Positions 59,962 to 64,000 of a stretch of DNA of 64,000 nt are shown one piece after another. Each line of letters starts with the position of its first letter. Positions within the stretch are counted from its first letter, which is position 1. The DNA is from Chara braunii (lineage: Eukaryota; Plantae; Charophyceae), in assembly GCA_003427395.1 (NCBI GenBank), contig BFEA01000005.1, forward strand, positions 231,149 through 295,148. The letters run 5' to 3'. Below the pieces are notes generated by a model. That model worked only from the letters and a program-made list of their open reading frames with translations, was not told the origin of the DNA and did no database searches. The position numbers were made by a program, and so were the translations under genes.

Positions 59962-61085
59962 TAATCAGAAGACAAAATTGGAAGTAATAGTAACTGAGGT
60001 TTCTTTGCAGTACTCACTCAATTGCTGTCACCTGACTGGAGAGAGAAAGTGGGTTAATTTAAGCAAGTGAGTGCTCAGTCTCTGCAGACCGCTTGAGGGT
60101 CACGGTCAACTTAGAGTACACTCATCAAAAATTCATTTCACGATTTTTTAATCCCTATCCTGACACAACAATTGCATGCAATTACTGCAAATCCTGTATC
60201 AATTACTTGCAGGATGCAGTCTTGGACTGATTAGTAGTGATTAGAAGTTAGACAGAGTGACTAATTAGTGACAAACAGGTTTCCATTGATGACCAAGGTG
60301 CAACGATTTACAGGGTATCCTATTTTTAGACCTACCCTACATACTTCACCACTGTTGTAGCGGACCTCGGGTTGGCCTGTGAGACCAGCCCCTTGGCCTG
60401 TTCTCACAGGCCTGTGTTGTATTCGGGGTAGGCCAGTCCAGGCCGGTACCTCTGTCGGTACCAGCCCGTCCAGTCCAGTCCCGTCAGTCCGCTGGGGTAT
60501 ACCCCAGCCATTGTCTGTTTTCAGTCTCATTCTTCACTTGCACATTTTGGAGTACGTGCGTTGGAGTCTTGCGTGGGGAGCTGCGCTGTGCACCTTGCTC
60601 CCTTCTTCTTCCTCCATCTCCATCTCTGTCACTAGCGGAGCACCACACCTGGTGGGTCCGCTTCATTGGTATTGGAGCGGGAACGGTCCCCGCCCCCACC
60701 CACCACACCACACAGCAGGGAAATGCGGCAAAACCCGACAGTCGGGTTTTCGACTGTTTTCGGGGCGTTTTTGGGCGAAAAAGCGGGAAAAACAACGAAG
60801 AAAGGTGCTGCAGCAGGAAAGCTCCACGTGGCGAAAAAGAAAGCCGCATCACGGCGCTTGCCAGGCCGCCGCACGCGCGCGCATGCCACGCGCCCACGCT
60901 GCCCCGCTCCCGGATTTATATTATTAAGATCCGGAATGCAACTGCTGCTGCTGGGGTTTAAACCCAGGTGGCTGCTGGGCCATGCGCATGTGTATGCACC
61001 TTGCTAACACACTCGCCACAGAGTGTACATGGTGCTGTAGTGCGGCACACTCGTGTTGAAGTGGTGCCGTGCTGGCTATTTACCC

Positions 61086-61920
61086 NNNNNNNNNNNNNNN
61101 NNNNNNNNNNNNNNNNNNNNNNNNNNNNNNNNNNNNNNNNNNNNNNNNNNNNNNNNNNNNNNNNNNNNNNNNNNNNNNNNNNNNNNNNNNNNNNNNNNNN
61201 NNNNNNNNNNNNNNNNNNNNNNNNNNNNNNNNNNNNNNNNNNNNNNNNNNNNNNNNNNNNNNNNNNNNNNNNNNNNNNNNNNNNNNNNNNNNNNNNNNNN
61301 NNNNNNNNNNNNNNNNNNNNNNNNNNNNNNNNNNNNNNNNNNNNNNNNNNNNNNNNNNNNNNNNNNNNNNNNNNNNNNNNNNNNNNNNNNNNNNNNNNNN
61401 NNNNNNNNNNNNNNNNNNNNNNNNNNNNNNNNNNNNNNNNNNNNNNNNNNNNNNNNNNNNNNNNNNNNNNNNNNNNNNNNNNNNNNNNNNNNNNNNNNNN
61501 NNNNNNNNNNNNNNNNNNNNNNNNNNNNNNNNNNNNNNNNNNNNNNNNNNNNNNNNNNNNNNNNNNNNNNNNNNNNNNNNNNNNNNNNNNNNNNNNNNNN
61601 NNNNNNNNNNNNNNNNNNNNNNNNNNNNNNNNNNNNNNNNNNNNNNNNNNNNNNNNNNNNNNNNNNNNNNNNNNNNNNNNNNNNNNNNNNNNNNNNNNNN
61701 NNNNNNNNNNNNNNNNNNNNNNNNNNNNNNNNNNNNNNNNNNNNNNNNNNNNNNNNNNNNNNNNNNNNNNNNNNNNNNNNNNNNNNNNNNNNNNNNNNNN
61801 NNNNNNNNNNNNNNNNNNNNNNNNNNNNNNNNNNNNNNNNNNNNNNNNNNNNNNNNNNNNNNNNNNNNNNNNNNNNNNNNNNNNNNNNNNNNNNNNNNNN
61901 NNNNNNNNNNNNNNNNNNNN
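61086..61920. other. Assembly gap (N run)
   Basis: Run of n. Confidence 1.
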
Positions 61921-62146
61921 TCTTCTTTCCCACCCTCTTTTCTGATTTTCTGATTTATTTCATTTATTTTTCTATTTATTCTGGAAATTCGACTTTTTCT
62001 ACGACAACCCTAAATCTGATTAGTTGTTAGTTTTCTCATCTTCTTCCCCACCCTCTTTTCTTATTTTCTGATTTATTTTATTTATTTTTATTTATTCTGA
62101 AAATTCGAATTTCTTGGCGGCAACCCTAAATCTGATTAGGTGTTAG
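61921..62146 (+). repeat. ~118-bp tandem duplication in a T-rich leader
   Basis: CCCACCCTCTTTTCT...CAACCCTAAATCTGATTAG present twice. Confidence 0.88.
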
Positions 62147-62908
62147 CCTTTCTTGCTTTCGGCACACGTTTTGACCTCGTGCGGGTAACGAAGTGCTGCC
62201 AAAATTTTCTGATTTTCTCTTACTTAGTCTTTTCGGCACACTTTGACCCCATGGGGGTAACGAAATGCTGCAAAAATTTTTGAAAAATCAGATAACCCAT
62301 TTCTCCCCACCTCCTCACACATTTATTTATTTATTTATTTATTTATTATTTCTTTATTTATTTTTTGAAATTTTTTTTTATTATTTGTGGCATCTCTAGT
62401 GTGCTCACCTTGGTCTCTCCTTTTCCCTTGGCACATTCTTGACCCCGTGGGGGGTAGGGAAATGCTGCCGAAAATTTCAAAAAAATAAATATTGTTTTCC
62501 TTTTCCATCCTTTTACTTATTTTTTAAATTATTTTTATTATTTATTTATTTCCTTATTTATTTTTATTTTCTCTCGAAATCTCGCTGTTTATTTATTTTT
62601 CTCCCGCCTTCCCCCCCCTTATGCTTGCTCTTTTACTTTCTTGATTGGGTCATCGGTACCCTACCCTAACCACTTAAACCTCGGTTAGGGTTTTCCTTAG
62701 GGTTTTTGTAGGGTTTAGGGTTCCTCAAAACCCTCCTACTTCCCCGTCCTCTTTGGGCACCCTGGACCCGAACCACCCCTCCCCCTTTGACGGCGCCCGC
62801 GCTAGCCTTGCTAGCGTCGTTCGCCGCTTTCTACCGCGGACTTCCCCCTACGCCCTCCGCTCATGCGGACCTCTTCTGGCCCCCTCCAGTCCGGTCCGTC
62901 ATCTCCCC

Positions 62909-64000
62909 ATGGCTGACGGTGTGTCACACGCCGCCGACACGGCGATGACCACGACATCGGGCTCCACACCCGTGCCGGCGGACCAGGGCCATCAGCCCCA
63001 GGGGGATCTGCACACCCTCCTCACCTCCTTCCTGACGCCCATCCAGGCGCAACTCGCGACCCTCGCGCCCTTACAGGCGCAGGTGGCGACCCTTGCCACC
63101 GGCGTGCGGCAACTCCAAGACGCTGGTCGTCCTTCCTCTCCTCACCCTATCTCTTCTCCTGGCTCCCAGTCCGGGTCCCCCGCCTTCCGACAGGGTGGCC
63201 ACGGTGGAGCTTCCTCCTCAGCTGCCCCCGACCCGGCCATCTTGGTGACCGTCCACGCACCTAGCACGACGACCGCCACGAGTCAGACCCTTCCTCAGTC
63301 CACGGGCGCACCCGCCCAGATTCCGGTCACGACGGCCATGGGACCACAACCCGCTACCAGGGTCTCAGCTTTTCCGGGTGCCCCACTTCTCCCCCCTCTT
63401 CGCACGACCGCAGCGCCATCTGGCTCTCCCCCTTGTGGGATGCCTCGCGCCGCTCGTACGTCTCCCCCTGCCACACCTTGCTCGACCTACGTTCGAAGTC
63501 TCAAGGACGAGATCGCCCGACTCCGGACCGACTTCGCCCTCTCACGCCTTCAGCCACCCCCACCCTCACAGGTGGCCGCGCCTTCCGGTGCACCCCCTTC
63601 TTCCTTTATTCTTCCTTCCCTGCAGGCTCGCTTCCCTCGCCCTGCACCCTACCAATCTCCATCCTACCTCCTCCCCATCCCCTCGGTCGCCGCGACCTCT
63701 TCTACCGCAGCTCCCGTGCAGCCTGCCGCTGCTTCCCCCGCCGCTCCACCATGCGGCCCGGGCGTACAGTCAGCTGCGCCTCCTCCTCCTCCTGGACCTG
63801 CGCCGACTTATTCCGCCGTAGTGCAGTCCCCTGCTTCCCGTTCCTCTCGCCGCCAAAACGGTGGCACACCACTCATCCGCTTGTTGGACATTCCCTTGTA
63901 TGACGGTACAGGCATACGCGTGTCTAGGTGGCTGCAGGCTGCCACCCGCACGCTCCAGCTCATAGGCGCCACACTCGACACATGGGTGGGTCACCTCTCC
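62909..64000 (+). CDS. Partial gag-like ORF of another retroelement (364 codons, open to window end; absent from the supplied ORF track)
   Basis: MADGVSHAAD..., short coiled coils, long P/A/S/T-rich linker, then LDIPLYDGTGIRVSRWL, matching the P-x-F/Y-x-G...WL capsid start of Ty3/gypsy Gag. Confidence 0.7.
   Translation, partial: MADGVSHAADTAMTTTSGSTPVPADQGHQPQGDLHTLLTSFLTPIQAQLATLAPLQAQVATLATGVRQLQDAGRPSSPHPISSPGSQSGSPAFRQGGHGGASSSAAPDPAILVTVHAPSTTTATSQTLPQSTGAPAQIPVTTAMGPQPATRVSAFPGAPLLPPLRTTAAPSGSPPCGMPRAARTSPPATPCSTYVRSLKDEIARLRTDFALSRLQPPPPSQVAAPSGAPPSSFILPSLQARFPRPAPYQSPSYLLPIPSVAATSSTAAPVQPAAASPAAPPCGPGVQSAAPPPPPGPAPTYSAVVQSPASRSSRRQNGGTPLIRLLDIPLYDGTGIRVSRWLQAATRTLQLIGATLDTWVGHLS

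Larger units (their letters stand above)
22354..61085 (-). mobile_element. Chromovirus (Ty3/gypsy with chromodomain), decayed, interrupted by 30.7 kb of nested insertions; 5' LTR probably in the gap
   Basis: gag, PR, RT, RH and IN motifs at 54996-59961 join in frame to IN C-terminus and chromodomain at 23647-24301, followed by PPT and LTR. Confidence 0.88.

Noticed and set aside
60000-61085. Chromovirus 5' LTR and tRNA-Met PBS
   Set aside because: No match to 22354-23613 and no GCTCTGATACCA seen; probably lost in the gap
62660-62725. Telomere array
   Set aside because: Only a few scattered CCCTAA/TTAGGG telobox-like motifs, not a tandem tract

Overview
Eukaryotic, transposon-saturated window with no recognisable host gene. 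The repeat style suggests a charophyte or plant genome such as Chara, which is inference only. It resolves into a nest of mobile elements. (1) Element A is a tRNA-Asp-primed LTR element with a very long 5' LTR (~1918-12309, carrying three hAT MITE insertions), a non-coding internal region and a 3' LTR starting at 18222. (2) That 3' LTR is cut off near 18943, ahead of a decayed LINE (zf-RVT, minus strand). (3) A minus-strand chromovirus (Ty3/gypsy: gag-PR-RT-RH-IN-chromodomain) follows, and its integrase is split at 24301/54996. (4) The split is caused by an ~8.7 kb solo LTR (B) of the same giant-LTR group as A. (5) B in turn hosts a complete 21.9 kb element C (32500-54446) with 8.0 and 6.9 kb LTRs, a tRNA-Asp PBS and only gag-like or unknown ORFs. 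The most striking signal is that A, B and C are conserved mainly as apparent RNA structure rather than protein. They carry family-specific arrays of covarying hexaloop hairpins inside the LTR, a tRNA-Asp-like cloverleaf just upstream of the 3' LTR, a GNRA hairpin where a polypurine tract is expected, and a possibly pseudoknotted module next to the PBS. A new gag-like ORF starts at 62909 and runs off the end of the window. All alignments and base pairings were made by eye.
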